The notes under the pieces were generated by a model, which searched no databases, was not told the DNA's origin, and saw only the letters and a list, made by a program, of their open reading frames with translations. A DNA stretch of 64,000 nt, from positions 3,456,001 to 3,520,000 of the forward strand of contig OY759316.1 of NCBI GenBank assembly GCA_963662275.1. The letters are read 5' to 3'. Both the position numbers and the translations under genes were made by a program. The stretch comes from Candidatus Cloacimonadales bacterium (lineage in GTDB: Bacteria; Cloacimonadota; Cloacimonadia; Cloacimonadales; DAONDQ01). Position 1 is the first letter of the stretch; the number at the start of each line of letters is the position of its first letter. This document shows, piece after piece, positions 1 through 10,128 of the stretch.

Positions 1-184
1 CCGGATAGCACTGAATTCCCATCACAGCTTCCAGGGAAGGATTGACTGGATACACGACACCATTGAAACCGCTGGTGACAATATTGCTCAGGATACGTCC
101 GCTCACACTCTGCGGATTCGAACTAATACCCAGGAGGGCAATACGTTTCGGTTTAAAGATATGATCTAAGTTGTGAACATTCAC
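1..184 (-). CDS. 5' part of an acyl-CoA synthetase (NDP-forming)/protein lysine acetyltransferase (Pat/YfiQ-like), CoA-binding domain; runs off the window edge
   Basis: Manual translation from GTG at 184 (GAGG RBS upstream): MNVHNLDHIFKPKRIALLGISSNPQSVSGRILSNIVTSGFNGVVYPVNPSLEAVMGIQCYP, a typical CoA_binding_2 N-terminus. Confidence 0.85.
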   Translation of the reverse strand, partial: MNVHNLDHIFKPKRIALLGISSNPQSVSGRILSNIVTSGFNGVVYPVNPSLEAVMGIQCYP

Positions 185-277
185 GAAAACCTCTATTATT
201 TATTGTTATTTAAATAAAGGTTTTGAGGTATAGTGTGCAGGTCAAGATTTTTCTAAAGTAACCCATCGTAAAGCCAT

Positions 278-303
278 GTACCGCGTTATTTATAACGCGG
301 TAC
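278..303. repeat. Perfect 12-bp inverted repeat (REP-like hairpin)
   Basis: GTACCGCGTTAT-TT-ATAACGCGGTAC. Confidence 0.75.
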
Positions 304-406
304 TGGCAAAGGAAACTGAATGAATTCTCGAGATTCCTTTAATAAGTGCTTATTAATCGTCGATGACATATTGTGCCCTCAAACCCTTATTATTTCACTT
401 AATTTA

Positions 407-510
407 TTCCAGTTTTAATCCTGTTTGATACCAGTTTCATTCCTGTTTCATTCCTGTTTCGAGAGATTGGAATGGCATAGGTTTAGACTTGGTTCAAGCT
501 TGGTTTTAGT
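407..510. repeat. 11-bp-period tandem repeats in two blocks
   Basis: 5 x ~TTCCTGTTTCA (407-461), then ~3 x CTTGGTTYAAG-like units (476-510). Confidence 0.7.
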
Positions 511-669
511 CTCGTATAGATTATGGGGAAAGAAGTCGATTCTTAGATGATGGTTTGGATTTTTTCTAAAAAAAGAAATTGAATCTTTCCGATTTATATT
601 GACATTTATACGAGATACTAAATTATGATATGTACCATAAAATAAACATATATAAAAGGAGTTAATATA

Positions 670-1368
670 ATGAATTTAAAATCACTTAGCATACTTTACA
701 TAGTCGTAATGATGTATTCAGGATTAGAAAATGGTAATTACCAGGATGAGTTTGAAGCATTGAGAAAAATGTGTGATAATCTCTACCATACTGATTCTAT
801 GCCGTTTATTCTTGATAAGAACCATGATATTCCCATGCATCTGTTTAGTCCCAGGTTACGCAATTTGCTCGATAGTGATGAATTTGAAGCGAGAAAACTA
901 TGGGATTTCATCAGCGCAAGAGAGAATGTCATCCGTATGCTCACAGCAACAGAGATGGAAAATCCGGCTGCGGAGGCGTTGTCGTATCGCTTTGAGGAAT
1001 TTTACACAGGTAAACCTGAAGAAAATGGCAGTATCATTCAATTCAAACAGATTATTGGATATATGATCAAGATCATCATGGAGTTGAATGGTTATGTTGT
1101 TGCCCAGAGGAGAGTTAAAATCAATCCACATCCGAGTCCTAAGTCTATAACAGAACATAGGTTCTTTGCAACAGCCTCGCGGTATCGAAAGCTGAACGAA
1201 AAGGATCTGAAAGCCATTTTAAAGAATATCAGTGATCCGAAGGAAAGAAGGTTGTTCACGGTCATATTCAAGTTAGTAACAACAGGACAAACCCAATATC
1301 AAAAGACTTATGCACTGGATAATCTGGCTTCCTGGGATGTCCTGGTAAAATCGAAACAGGGTAAATAA
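670..1368 (+). CDS. Hypothetical protein (232 aa)
   Basis: Long ORF with AGGAG RBS; no family recognised. Confidence 0.7.
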   Translation: MNLKSLSILYIVVMMYSGLENGNYQDEFEALRKMCDNLYHTDSMPFILDKNHDIPMHLFSPRLRNLLDSDEFEARKLWDFISARENVIRMLTATEMENPAAEALSYRFEEFYTGKPEENGSIIQFKQIIGYMIKIIMELNGYVVAQRRVKINPHPSPKSITEHRFFATASRYRKLNEKDLKAILKNISDPKERRLFTVIFKLVTTGQTQYQKTYALDNLASWDVLVKSKQGK

Positions 1369-1398
1369 CATAACAAACATAGGATTATAGGAGGAAAT

Positions 1399-1512
1399 AT
1401 GGCATTTGTCCATTTACACGTTCATTCTGAATACAGTTGGTCAGATGGAGCTTGCCATATTGCTAGACTGGTGAGAAGAGCTAAAAAGCTTAACAGACGG
1501 CAGTATTTATGA
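1399..1512 (+). pseudogene. dnaE: Truncated N-terminal fragment of DNA polymerase III alpha (PHP domain start)
   Basis: AGGAGG RBS, then MAFVHLHVHSEYSWSDGACHIARLVRRAKKLNRRQYL*; matches the DnaE start FVHLHVHSEYSLLDG and stops after 37 aa. Confidence 0.8.
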
Positions 1513-1535
1513 CTTACACATTAGAATTAATAACC

Positions 1536-2669
1536 TTATTCCTCCAAAGATAGAAATTCATGATAAGAATCTCTGTTGATGACTTTTGAGTTAATGATAG
1601 GATAGTTTTCAAGGAAAGTTCTACTGAATGAATATCTGACTTTGGGATTCCATTTAATCTCATAGGCATTGAAATTACCGTTAATTTCTTCAATATAGTC
1701 AATTTCCTGTTGCTGTGTTGTCCTCCAGAAATATGCACTCTGATATAATTTCTTGTACTCGATTACTTTACGTCTTTCGCTAATGACGAAATTCTCCCAT
1801 AATGCACCAATATCTGATCGGCTTCCAACATGATTGAAATTACTAATGACAGCATTTCTTACACCGTTATCATAAAAGAAGAACTTCACACCTCTTCTGA
1901 TTTCATTTCTCAGATTTCTGCTCAGTGCAGGTAAGCGGAATACAATAAAAGCTCTTTCCAGTAAACTGATATACTTTTGGACAGTTTGATTATCCGCACC
2001 AACGAGATTTCCTATTTCGGTGAAAGAAACCTCAGAACCGATTTGATATGCTAAAGCTTTGACAATTTTTTCAAGCAGTTCAGGCTTTTTGATCTGCCCA
2101 AGAACAAACAAATCCTTATACAGATAGCTATCTGCCAGTAATTTCAGAATCTCCATTTCGTTGCCTGAGGTTGTAACTACTTCGGGATAATACCCGAAAA
2201 CGAGCCTATGCTCTAATAATCTTTGCTCTTCAAGTAAGCCCTTGAATTTCACCATTTCTCCATAAGCTAATGGATAAAGAATAAACTCAAACTTTCTGCC
2301 TGTGAGCGGTTCTTTGATTTTCCCGGTTAATTCAAAAGATGATGAACCCGTTGCAATCACCTGGATATCCGGATAATTATCCACCAGCAACTTGATTGTA
2401 AGTCCGATATCACTTATTCTTTGCGCTTCATCGATAAATACGATTTCTCCATCGCCAATCAGGCTTTTTAGTCTCGTTGAGGTTGTGTTGCTTAATATTT
2501 CTCGGATATCAGCTTCATCTCCATTGAAACGCACTATCTTTTTACTAGTATTCTGGAGAAGCATATTTACTAAGGTTGTCTTGCCTGATTGTCTTGGTCC
2601 AAAGATAATAACTGCCTTTTTCTGAAACATGTGTTGTTCTATTTTCTTTAAAATCATGCGATAAATCAT
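1536..2669 (-). CDS. AAA+ ATPase, AAA_14 + DUF4143 family
   Basis: Walker A GPRQSGKT, Walker B FIDEAQ, ATGSS, FGYYP, KFFFYDNG, C-terminal EIDY..AYEIK nuclease-like motif. Confidence 0.92.
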   Translation of the reverse strand: MIYRMILKKIEQHMFQKKAVIIFGPRQSGKTTLVNMLLQNTSKKIVRFNGDEADIREILSNTTSTRLKSLIGDGEIVFIDEAQRISDIGLTIKLLVDNYPDIQVIATGSSSFELTGKIKEPLTGRKFEFILYPLAYGEMVKFKGLLEEQRLLEHRLVFGYYPEVVTTSGNEMEILKLLADSYLYKDLFVLGQIKKPELLEKIVKALAYQIGSEVSFTEIGNLVGADNQTVQKYISLLERAFIVFRLPALSRNLRNEIRRGVKFFFYDNGVRNAVISNFNHVGSRSDIGALWENFVISERRKVIEYKKLYQSAYFWRTTQQQEIDYIEEINGNFNAYEIKWNPKVRYSFSRTFLENYPIINSKVINRDSYHEFLSLEE

Positions 2670-2692
2670 GGTTACTCCGTATAAAATTTAAA

Positions 2693-2755
2693 TATTCAGC
2701 GAATACGATCGCTACATATCATAGTATTCAGCGATTGCGATCGCTATATGTTATG
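2693..2755. promoter_or_regulatory. Two 16-bp quasi-palindromes at 32-bp spacing upstream of the DUF4143 ATPase (putative operators)
   Basis: AGCGAATACGATCGCT (2698-2713) and AGCGATTGCGATCGCT (2730-2745) inside a 32-bp direct repeat. Confidence 0.6.
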
Positions 2756-2977
2756 AAATAAGCATACTGATTTTGGTCAAGTAATATCTCTTATGTGTGT
2801 TCCACTATATATGACTTTGGAAAAACCAAATGTATTCAGCTTAACACTTTATAAATAAGGCAATACAGAGTACTACAACCTACAATAATACTCTTGGGAA
2901 TAAACAGAAAAAGTATTAATTTATCTTACATGAACCTATCCTTATAGAGTTCAATGTCCTTTTGTAAGGAGATTGTT

Positions 2978-5900
2978 ATGATTCGTTACACCCCGGCTTT
3001 TATTCTACAGAAATATGAAGAAAATGTCTTCCATGGAAATCTTACAGCTTATGTTCTATTGTTTGATATAGCTGATTTCACTAAGATAGGAACTGCTTTA
3101 CAGAAAGAAGGAAAACAGGGAGCAGAAGAGCTAAGTCGATTTTTAGATTTAATATTTTGTATGCCTATTGAATTTGTTGAGAAATTTGGGGGTTTCGTAA
3201 GTGTCTTTGCCGGGGATGCCTTTTGCGCCATCTTTCCTGATGCAGAAGCAGAAAGTATAATTTCTGTTGTTAATTCAATCAGCGAATACTTCCGGGAAAA
3301 CAAGATCTATAAGAGCATTATCGGAGACCTTTTATTGCATGTACGACAAACTATATGTTATGGTTCTTCGGAGTGGCAGATATTCCATAATGATCTGCAG
3401 AATGAGTATGTATTCCAAGGGAATATCATGCAGGAAGTGGCAGTTTTATCCTTGCAGAAAACAGATGTTATCTGGTCTGAAACAGCAGCACGTCAAATAG
3501 GAAAAGAAAGATTTATTCCGGAAGGGATAGGTTTCGTACTTCATGATAAATCCATTACAGCAAAGACCTCAATCAGGGAATATCACTATAGCAAGACGAC
3601 ACCTTTATTGTTTTGTCACCCCCGTTTTCGGGACGTGCTTCCTCAAAACGAAATACGTACCGCAGCATTTTGCTTTGCTTCTTTAGAGAAAATCAAAGTG
3701 ACAGAACAAGAGGAAGCGATAGCAATTCTTCATAATTTAGCTAATAAATACGGTGCTTTTCTCGACAAGTTGGATTACACGGACAAAGGAATGGTGGCGC
3801 TTCTTCTGTTTGGATTACCTCTTAGTGAGGGAAAAACCCTGGAACGGATATGCAGTTTTTCCGTGGAAACAGTGGATAGCCTTCCCACTATTATTTTGGG
3901 TATCAGTTGTGGAAGCGTATTTGCCGGATATATCGGACGGGATGAAATCAAGGAATATACTGCTTTTGGACATCCGGTAAACCTGGCAGCCAGGCTGATG
4001 AGTAATGCCAGAGCCGGGGAAGTTCTTGCCGATACCTTTCTTTGGCAGGAAATGAATGCAAAGTATGATTTTGATTATCTCGGCACATTGAATCTGAAAG
4101 GGATTGCCTTACCTATGCGGTATTATCTGCTCAGTCGAAGAACAAAAGATCAGGCATGGCACCAGGAAAGCCGGTTTGTAGGTAGAGATGAAGAGCTTTC
4201 TCTTATCAGGACATCCATTGATGACAGTATAACCTCCAATGAAAATGCCATTATCTATGTTTCAGGAGATGCCGGTATCGGTAAAAGCAGGCTGGTGAAA
4301 GAAGCATTGGCAAATTATTCAGCGCTTGCTTATCATAAGTTCAATATCACATGCGATACTTTTTTGCCAAAGCCATTGGAAGCCATTAAACAGATCATTA
4401 AAACATATGCCTATTATAATTCACAACTACCTGAAGATGCGGGTATTGCCATGTTCAAGGGTTTGTGGATGGCTCTTGCCCAAGAGGATATCGAGCTGCA
4501 GCGTATAGAGTCAATTATTGCCTTTCTCCTTGGTTATGAGTGGATGGGTTCAATATGGAATATCCTTCCTTCTGATGAAAAACCCAATCAGTTGAGAAAT
4601 GCCTTTCTCCGATTTATGGAACAGTTGGCAAAGACAAAGCCCGTACTTGTTCATTTGGATGATGGACAATGGCTTGCAGAAGAAAGTAAAGTGTATCTGC
4701 AAAAGCTGAGCGAGCGGGCAATTACTCCAATTATCATCATTTCTTCCTGCCGATATCTGGAAAACGGAGAAAAAGTGGAATTGGGACTAATGAGACATAA
4801 GCGAATTGATCTTGAACTGAATTCACTCAGTGATCTTGGAAGTTATGAATTGATCAGGTCTATCCTCCGTTTGGCATACATACCCGATGCAACCCTTCGT
4901 CTCATCACTAACAGGGCAATGGGCAATCCTCTCTTTATTGAGCAGTTAACATCCTTACTGATGGAAAGCGGTAATATCAATGATAAAGGCGTTATTACCG
5001 GTGAAGTGGCATATTTAAGTTCCTTCAGCATTAGCGATATCATCAGCAATCGTATCGACCGCCTTTCTGAAAAGGTGCGGGAATGCATGTATAATGCAAG
5101 TATCCTCGGAACCGAATTCAATGTCCTGGTATTGTCTCAAATGCTCAAGGGAGAACCTGTGGATGAGCTTGAGACAGGTGTGAAGAACCGCATTTGGAGA
5201 GATCTCGATGAATTGCGTTACATTTTTACCCATATCCTGATCAAGGATATCATATATCAGCGAATGGTAAGTGAAAAACTGCAAGAACTTCACCAGGCTG
5301 CTGCTGAGTCTATGGAAATCGTCTTTGCTGATAAAATTGATGAGTTCGCAATGGAAACAGCCATTCATTTTGAGAAAGGCAATCAGCCACTCAAAGCAGC
5401 AGAATATTACGATAAAGCTGGTTTCTTTTTTAAGGCTAAATTTGACTTTGCAGGTGGGATATCCAATTTGCGTAAAGCCCTCTTAATCAGAGAAACCGCG
5501 TTGGGAGCAGAACATTCCTCTACGGCAAGTTCTCTGACTAACCTGGCTGAGTTATATAAAGCCCAAGGTAAGTACGAGCAAGCAGAGCCACTGTACCTGA
5601 GAGCATTGGAAATACTGGAGAAAAACCTCGGTGCAGAACATCCCGATATCATTCCTCCTCTGAATAACCTGGCTGCAATGTACAAAGACCAGGATAAATA
5701 TGAGCAAGCAGAACCACATTACCTGAAAGCCCTAACCATCAAAGGAAAAGTTCTGGGTGCAAAGCACCCTGATACGGCTCCAGCGCTGCTAAACCTGGCA
5801 CATTTATTCTGGCTGCAGGGAAAATATGAAGAAGCTGAACCTTTCTACCAGGGAGCAATGGATATTTATGAAACTGTCCTGGGTGCAGAACATCCGGATA

Positions 5901-6892
5901 CAGCAAATTCATCCAACAATCTGGCTTCTATTTATCATTATCAGGGGAATCATGAACAAACGGAATCGCTTTACCAAAGAACACTTCAAATCAGGGAAAT
6001 TGTCCTGAGCGCAGAACATCCTGATATGGGTGGTTTATTGACCAACCTGGCAAGCTTGTATTGGCTGCAGGGGAATTATGAACAAGCTGTACCGCTTTAT
6101 CAGAAAGTTCTGGAAATTCGAGAAACGGAAATGGGGGCAGAACACCCTGATACAGTAAAAGCACTGAATAATCTGGCTAGTTTGTATGATTCCCAAGGTA
6201 TCTATGAGAAAGCTGAACCCCTTTATAGGAGAGCATTGGAAATCAGGGAAAAAGTGTTAGGCGCTGAACATCCGCTGACTGCTCAATCCCTGAATAATTT
6301 GGCAGGATTGTATGATTCCCAGGATAACTTTAATCAAGCCGAGCCTCTTTATGTAAGAGCATTGGAAATCAGGGAAAATGTCTTGGGTACCGAGCATCCT
6401 CTGACAGCACAATCGATGAATAAATTGGCAAGTTTTTATGACTCGCAGGGAAAAGACGAACAAGCAGAACAAATATACTTGAGGGCATTGGATATAAAAG
6501 AAAAAGTCCTGGGTGCAGGTCAACCCAATATGGTAACTTCCATGAATAATCTGGATGAACTATATAGCTACCAGGGCAGGTATGACCAAGCGGAGCAGCT
6601 TTACCAGAGAGCTTTGAAGGTTTGGGAAAAGGTCTTAGGTGCAGGTCATCCGAGCATGGCAACTTCGATGAATAATCTGGCAGAATTCTATAGCTCCCAG
6701 GGAAGGTATGATCAGGCGGAACAACTCTACCAGAGAGCCTTGAAAATATGGGAAAAGGTGATGGATACAGAGCATCCTCATACACTGCAAAGTATTAAAG
6801 GGCTTGTTGATTTATATGATAAGATGGGAGAGCACGACAAAGCAAAAGTGTATCAGGAAAGGCTGGATAATATTCTGAAGAAAACTGAATAA
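2978..6892 (+). CDS. Soluble-adenylate-cyclase-like protein: two class III cyclase domains + STAND ATPase + 42-aa TPR array
   Basis: FDIADFT/FAGDAF; DKG..EYTAFGHPVNLAARL; FVGRDEE, GDAGIGKS, LDD, GNPLFIEQ; 10 LGAEHP repeats. Start moved from ORF 2954 to ATG 2978 because of the AAGGAG RBS. Confidence 0.9.
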   Translation: MIRYTPAFILQKYEENVFHGNLTAYVLLFDIADFTKIGTALQKEGKQGAEELSRFLDLIFCMPIEFVEKFGGFVSVFAGDAFCAIFPDAEAESIISVVNSISEYFRENKIYKSIIGDLLLHVRQTICYGSSEWQIFHNDLQNEYVFQGNIMQEVAVLSLQKTDVIWSETAARQIGKERFIPEGIGFVLHDKSITAKTSIREYHYSKTTPLLFCHPRFRDVLPQNEIRTAAFCFASLEKIKVTEQEEAIAILHNLANKYGAFLDKLDYTDKGMVALLLFGLPLSEGKTLERICSFSVETVDSLPTIILGISCGSVFAGYIGRDEIKEYTAFGHPVNLAARLMSNARAGEVLADTFLWQEMNAKYDFDYLGTLNLKGIALPMRYYLLSRRTKDQAWHQESRFVGRDEELSLIRTSIDDSITSNENAIIYVSGDAGIGKSRLVKEALANYSALAYHKFNITCDTFLPKPLEAIKQIIKTYAYYNSQLPEDAGIAMFKGLWMALAQEDIELQRIESIIAFLLGYEWMGSIWNILPSDEKPNQLRNAFLRFMEQLAKTKPVLVHLDDGQWLAEESKVYLQKLSERAITPIIIISSCRYLENGEKVELGLMRHKRIDLELNSLSDLGSYELIRSILRLAYIPDATLRLITNRAMGNPLFIEQLTSLLMESGNINDKGVITGEVAYLSSFSISDIISNRIDRLSEKVRECMYNASILGTEFNVLVLSQMLKGEPVDELETGVKNRIWRDLDELRYIFTHILIKDIIYQRMVSEKLQELHQAAAESMEIVFADKIDEFAMETAIHFEKGNQPLKAAEYYDKAGFFFKAKFDFAGGISNLRKALLIRETALGAEHSSTASSLTNLAELYKAQGKYEQAEPLYLRALEILEKNLGAEHPDIIPPLNNLAAMYKDQDKYEQAEPHYLKALTIKGKVLGAKHPDTAPALLNLAHLFWLQGKYEEAEPFYQGAMDIYETVLGAEHPDTANSSNNLASIYHYQGNHEQTESLYQRTLQIREIVLSAEHPDMGGLLTNLASLYWLQGNYEQAVPLYQKVLEIRETEMGAEHPDTVKALNNLASLYDSQGIYEKAEPLYRRALEIREKVLGAEHPLTAQSLNNLAGLYDSQDNFNQAEPLYVRALEIRENVLGTEHPLTAQSMNKLASFYDSQGKDEQAEQIYLRALDIKEKVLGAGQPNMVTSMNNLDELYSYQGRYDQAEQLYQRALKVWEKVLGAGHPSMATSMNNLAEFYSSQGRYDQAEQLYQRALKIWEKVMDTEHPHTLQSIKGLVDLYDKMGEHDKAKVYQERLDNILKKTE
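5501..6760 (+). repeat. Ten 126-bp coding repeats (kinesin-light-chain-type TPR)
   Basis: Exact 126-nt period from 5501 to 6760; the last two units are closely similar at DNA level. Confidence 0.9.
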
Positions 6893-7161
6893 TAAGGATA
6901 TTTTTAACATTCATAGCGATAGCTGCAAAAAGCTGAGAAAATAGATATCTATTGGCTAAATGATCTTATCAGTTATTATATAATTAGTTCTGATTGAATG
7001 TGGCGCAAGGGCGATAAGTATTTTAGTATACTACATAAGTTCGGTTAGTATTAGTTCTGAATGGGCTTGTATAACTCATTTTCGGTAGCTATTGATTCAA
7101 AAAATAGCATGTATGAAATTCTCTCACGTTCCAACATAGACATGCAAACAAAGGGAATTAT

Positions 7162-9684
7162 ATGAATATAAACTCTTTTAAAGATCGTCGCTTTACCTCC
7201 TTTTTTTCATTAATTATCGTTGCATCACTAATGATCATCGTTGTGGTTTTCCTTTTTTTAAATGGTCTGGAGAAAAAAAACCGTAAGGATGAAGCAGAAA
7301 ACTTACTGCTATTAGTGCAGCGCAATGAAACAATGCTTGAGAATTGGGTTGTGGAGAGAAAGACAGACCTTCAATTATTGGCGTCGAACACCCTCTTGGT
7401 TGAGAAATTAAGCAATTATAAACAAAATGCTGTTTCTCCAAATGACACAAAATTTATTATTGATCTGCTTTTTCGGTACAGAACACAAAAAAAATATCGA
7501 GATGTATTTTTTACCGATATAAATGGCAAAGTATTGATATCGGCGAATAGTAAAAATAATTATAGTAAAGCACTTATCATTAATGATTGGAAAGCAGGAT
7601 TGCTTAACAAGGATATCAATATGGGAGATATGAAGCGAAGTGAGATATCCCATGATGAAATTGTTCTAGATTTTTACTTACCTGTTTTCAGAGAAACAAA
7701 TCATGATGTAATTCCAGTAGGTTTTTTGGTTTTACGCGCAAGTCCTCAAGACTTTATCTATCCTATGTTAGATAACCTTCCGAGAAAGTCTAAAACTACC
7801 GAAAGTAATTTGGTCGAAAAACAAGGGGATAACGTCGTATACTTAAATCAATTAAAGCACAAATCTGAAATTCCTTTTCGCTTCAGTTTACCCCTTTCTA
7901 CGCCAAATCTTACAGCAGCAATGGCTGCAAATGATATGGCAGGCTCATATATAGGGAAAGACTATGCCGGTAATAAAGTAATTGCAGCGATGGATTCTGT
8001 AAGATTTACTAAATGGCATCTTATAGCCAAGATTGATTATAAGGAAGCTCTATCAGGTTTTTATGCAGAACGGATATTAATTTTTGTGATTTTGCTGATA
8101 TTAATTGCTTTTGTATTGGCTATTTTAATAAATAGAGGAATAAAACAGAAATTTGAAATCCTAACAATGCAAAATGAAAATGAAGATAAGCATATGGCAA
8201 TTCTAAAACACTTTGAGTATCTATTCAAAAATGCCAATGATATTATCCTGCTGACTGATTTTGATGGTAAAATTGTGGAGGCAAATGGAAAAGCTGAAAA
8301 CATGTATGGTTACAGTTATGATGAACTTAAAGGGATGAATATTTATCAAATTACTGCCCCGGAATTTCATGAATTATCCAAAGGAATAGAAACAAGTCCT
8401 GATATTTCAACAGGAAGAGTCTATGAAGTTGATCATATTAGGCGATCAGGGGAACATTTCCCTGTGGAAATAAGCGCAGTAGCTATAACTGTAGGTGATA
8501 AGCAATTCATACAGAGAATAATCCGGGATATTTCCGAGAGGAAGCTGGCTGAAAAACAACTGCTTGATCTGAATAAGCAGTTGGAATGCAAAGTGACAGA
8601 GCGCACGAAAGAAGTAAAAGAGGTTTACAGTAAATTAGAAGGATTTTTCAAAGTCAGTATTGATCTACTTGCTATCGCCAATTCCGAAGGGTATTTCCTA
8701 CAGTTGAATCCTGAATGGGAAAAGGTTTTGGGATATACTATCGAGGAATTGACCAATAGAAAATACCTGGATTTCGTTCATCCTGATGATCTTCAAAGTA
8801 GTTTGGATGCTTTAAAAGTCATGTCCCAGGAAACGCCATTGAAACACTTCATCACACAATATCTCTGTAAAGACGGTACATATAAGTTCCTGGAATGGAA
8901 TGTAGCTCCGGAAAGTGATCTTCAATATATTTCAGCTCATGATATCACTGACAGTAAAATAGCAGAGGATAAAATATCTGCTTTAAATACAGTGTTAATG
9001 AATACAAATAAGGAATTGGAAAGTTTTTCATACTCTGTCTCCCATGACCTGAGAGCCCCATTGAGAAGCATGGAAGGTTATAGTTCTGCCTTACGGAATG
9101 GATATGCAGATAAAATAGACGAACAGGGAGTGCATTACCTGGATAGAATACAGAATGCTGCTGTAAAAATGTCCACGTTGATCAATGATATGCTGGAATT
9201 ATCACAATTGGGACAAAAGCAGCTCTCCTTCCAGATTATCAATCTCAGTGATATCGCCAATAAGGTGGCGATAGAATTGAAAGAGGCATATCCTGAACAA
9301 AAAATATCCTTCAGAATTGCTGAGACAACATCCATTTCAGCGGATAGTGATTTAATGAAGATTGTCTTTAAAAACTTACTGGATAATTCCCGTAAGTTCT
9401 CAGCTAAGAAAGAAGTTAGTGAGATCGTTTTCGCTTCAAAAAAAGAAAAAGGACAAACCGTATATTATGTCCAGGATAACGGTGAAGGATTTGATATGGA
9501 ATATGCTGATAAACTGTTTACTCCCTTCCAGCGATATCACCATGCTGAGAACTTTGCCGGAACGGGAATAGGTTTAAGCATCGTATTTAGAATTATCAAC
9601 CGTCACAATGGAATGGTCTGGGTTGAGAGCACGATTGAAAATGGTACAACTGTTTTCTTTACCATAAACTCCAAAGGAGAATGA
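7162..9684 (+). CDS. Membrane sensor histidine kinase (Cache-like + 2 PAS + HisKA/HATPase)
   Basis: Two TM segments, PAS motifs, H-box FSYSVSHDLRAPLR, NLLDNSRKF, DNGEGF, GTGIGL. Confidence 0.93.
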   Translation: MNINSFKDRRFTSFFSLIIVASLMIIVVVFLFLNGLEKKNRKDEAENLLLLVQRNETMLENWVVERKTDLQLLASNTLLVEKLSNYKQNAVSPNDTKFIIDLLFRYRTQKKYRDVFFTDINGKVLISANSKNNYSKALIINDWKAGLLNKDINMGDMKRSEISHDEIVLDFYLPVFRETNHDVIPVGFLVLRASPQDFIYPMLDNLPRKSKTTESNLVEKQGDNVVYLNQLKHKSEIPFRFSLPLSTPNLTAAMAANDMAGSYIGKDYAGNKVIAAMDSVRFTKWHLIAKIDYKEALSGFYAERILIFVILLILIAFVLAILINRGIKQKFEILTMQNENEDKHMAILKHFEYLFKNANDIILLTDFDGKIVEANGKAENMYGYSYDELKGMNIYQITAPEFHELSKGIETSPDISTGRVYEVDHIRRSGEHFPVEISAVAITVGDKQFIQRIIRDISERKLAEKQLLDLNKQLECKVTERTKEVKEVYSKLEGFFKVSIDLLAIANSEGYFLQLNPEWEKVLGYTIEELTNRKYLDFVHPDDLQSSLDALKVMSQETPLKHFITQYLCKDGTYKFLEWNVAPESDLQYISAHDITDSKIAEDKISALNTVLMNTNKELESFSYSVSHDLRAPLRSMEGYSSALRNGYADKIDEQGVHYLDRIQNAAVKMSTLINDMLELSQLGQKQLSFQIINLSDIANKVAIELKEAYPEQKISFRIAETTSISADSDLMKIVFKNLLDNSRKFSAKKEVSEIVFASKKEKGQTVYYVQDNGEGFDMEYADKLFTPFQRYHHAENFAGTGIGLSIVFRIINRHNGMVWVESTIENGTTVFFTINSKGE

Positions 9685-9685
9685 A

Positions 9686-10126
9686 ATGAACAACAAAAAG
9701 ATACTTCTTGTTGAGGATAATCCTGATGATATTGAACTGACAATATTGGCTTTTAAACAAAGTAACTTACAAAATGAAGTTGTCGTTGTGAGAGACGGTC
9801 AGGAAGCCTTGGACTACTTGTTTTGCACTGGCACATATGCAAGTAGGGATATGAACGATTATCCGGCAATCGTGCTTTTGGATTTGAATCTGCCCAAAAT
9901 CAAAGGGCTGCAAATCCTGAAGGAAATAAGGTCTAATCCACATACACAGTTAATTCCTGTCATCGTTCTTACCAGTTCAAAGATGGAGAAAGATTTGATT
10001 CAGAGTTACCTTGGTGGTGCGAATAGCTATATTCAGAAACCTGTGGTTCTTTCTGACTTCTTCTCAGCAATCAATGCCCTTGGTGTTTTCTGGCTATTGG
10101 TCACCGAATTACCTCCAAAGACCTAG
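9686..10126 (+). CDS. Single-domain response regulator (Rcp1-like)
   Basis: ILLVEDNPDD, LLDLNLP, VLTSS, YIQKP. Confidence 0.93.
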   Translation: MNNKKILLVEDNPDDIELTILAFKQSNLQNEVVVVRDGQEALDYLFCTGTYASRDMNDYPAIVLLDLNLPKIKGLQILKEIRSNPHTQLIPVIVLTSSKMEKDLIQSYLGGANSYIQKPVVLSDFFSAINALGVFWLLVTELPPKT

Positions 10127-10128
10127 AA

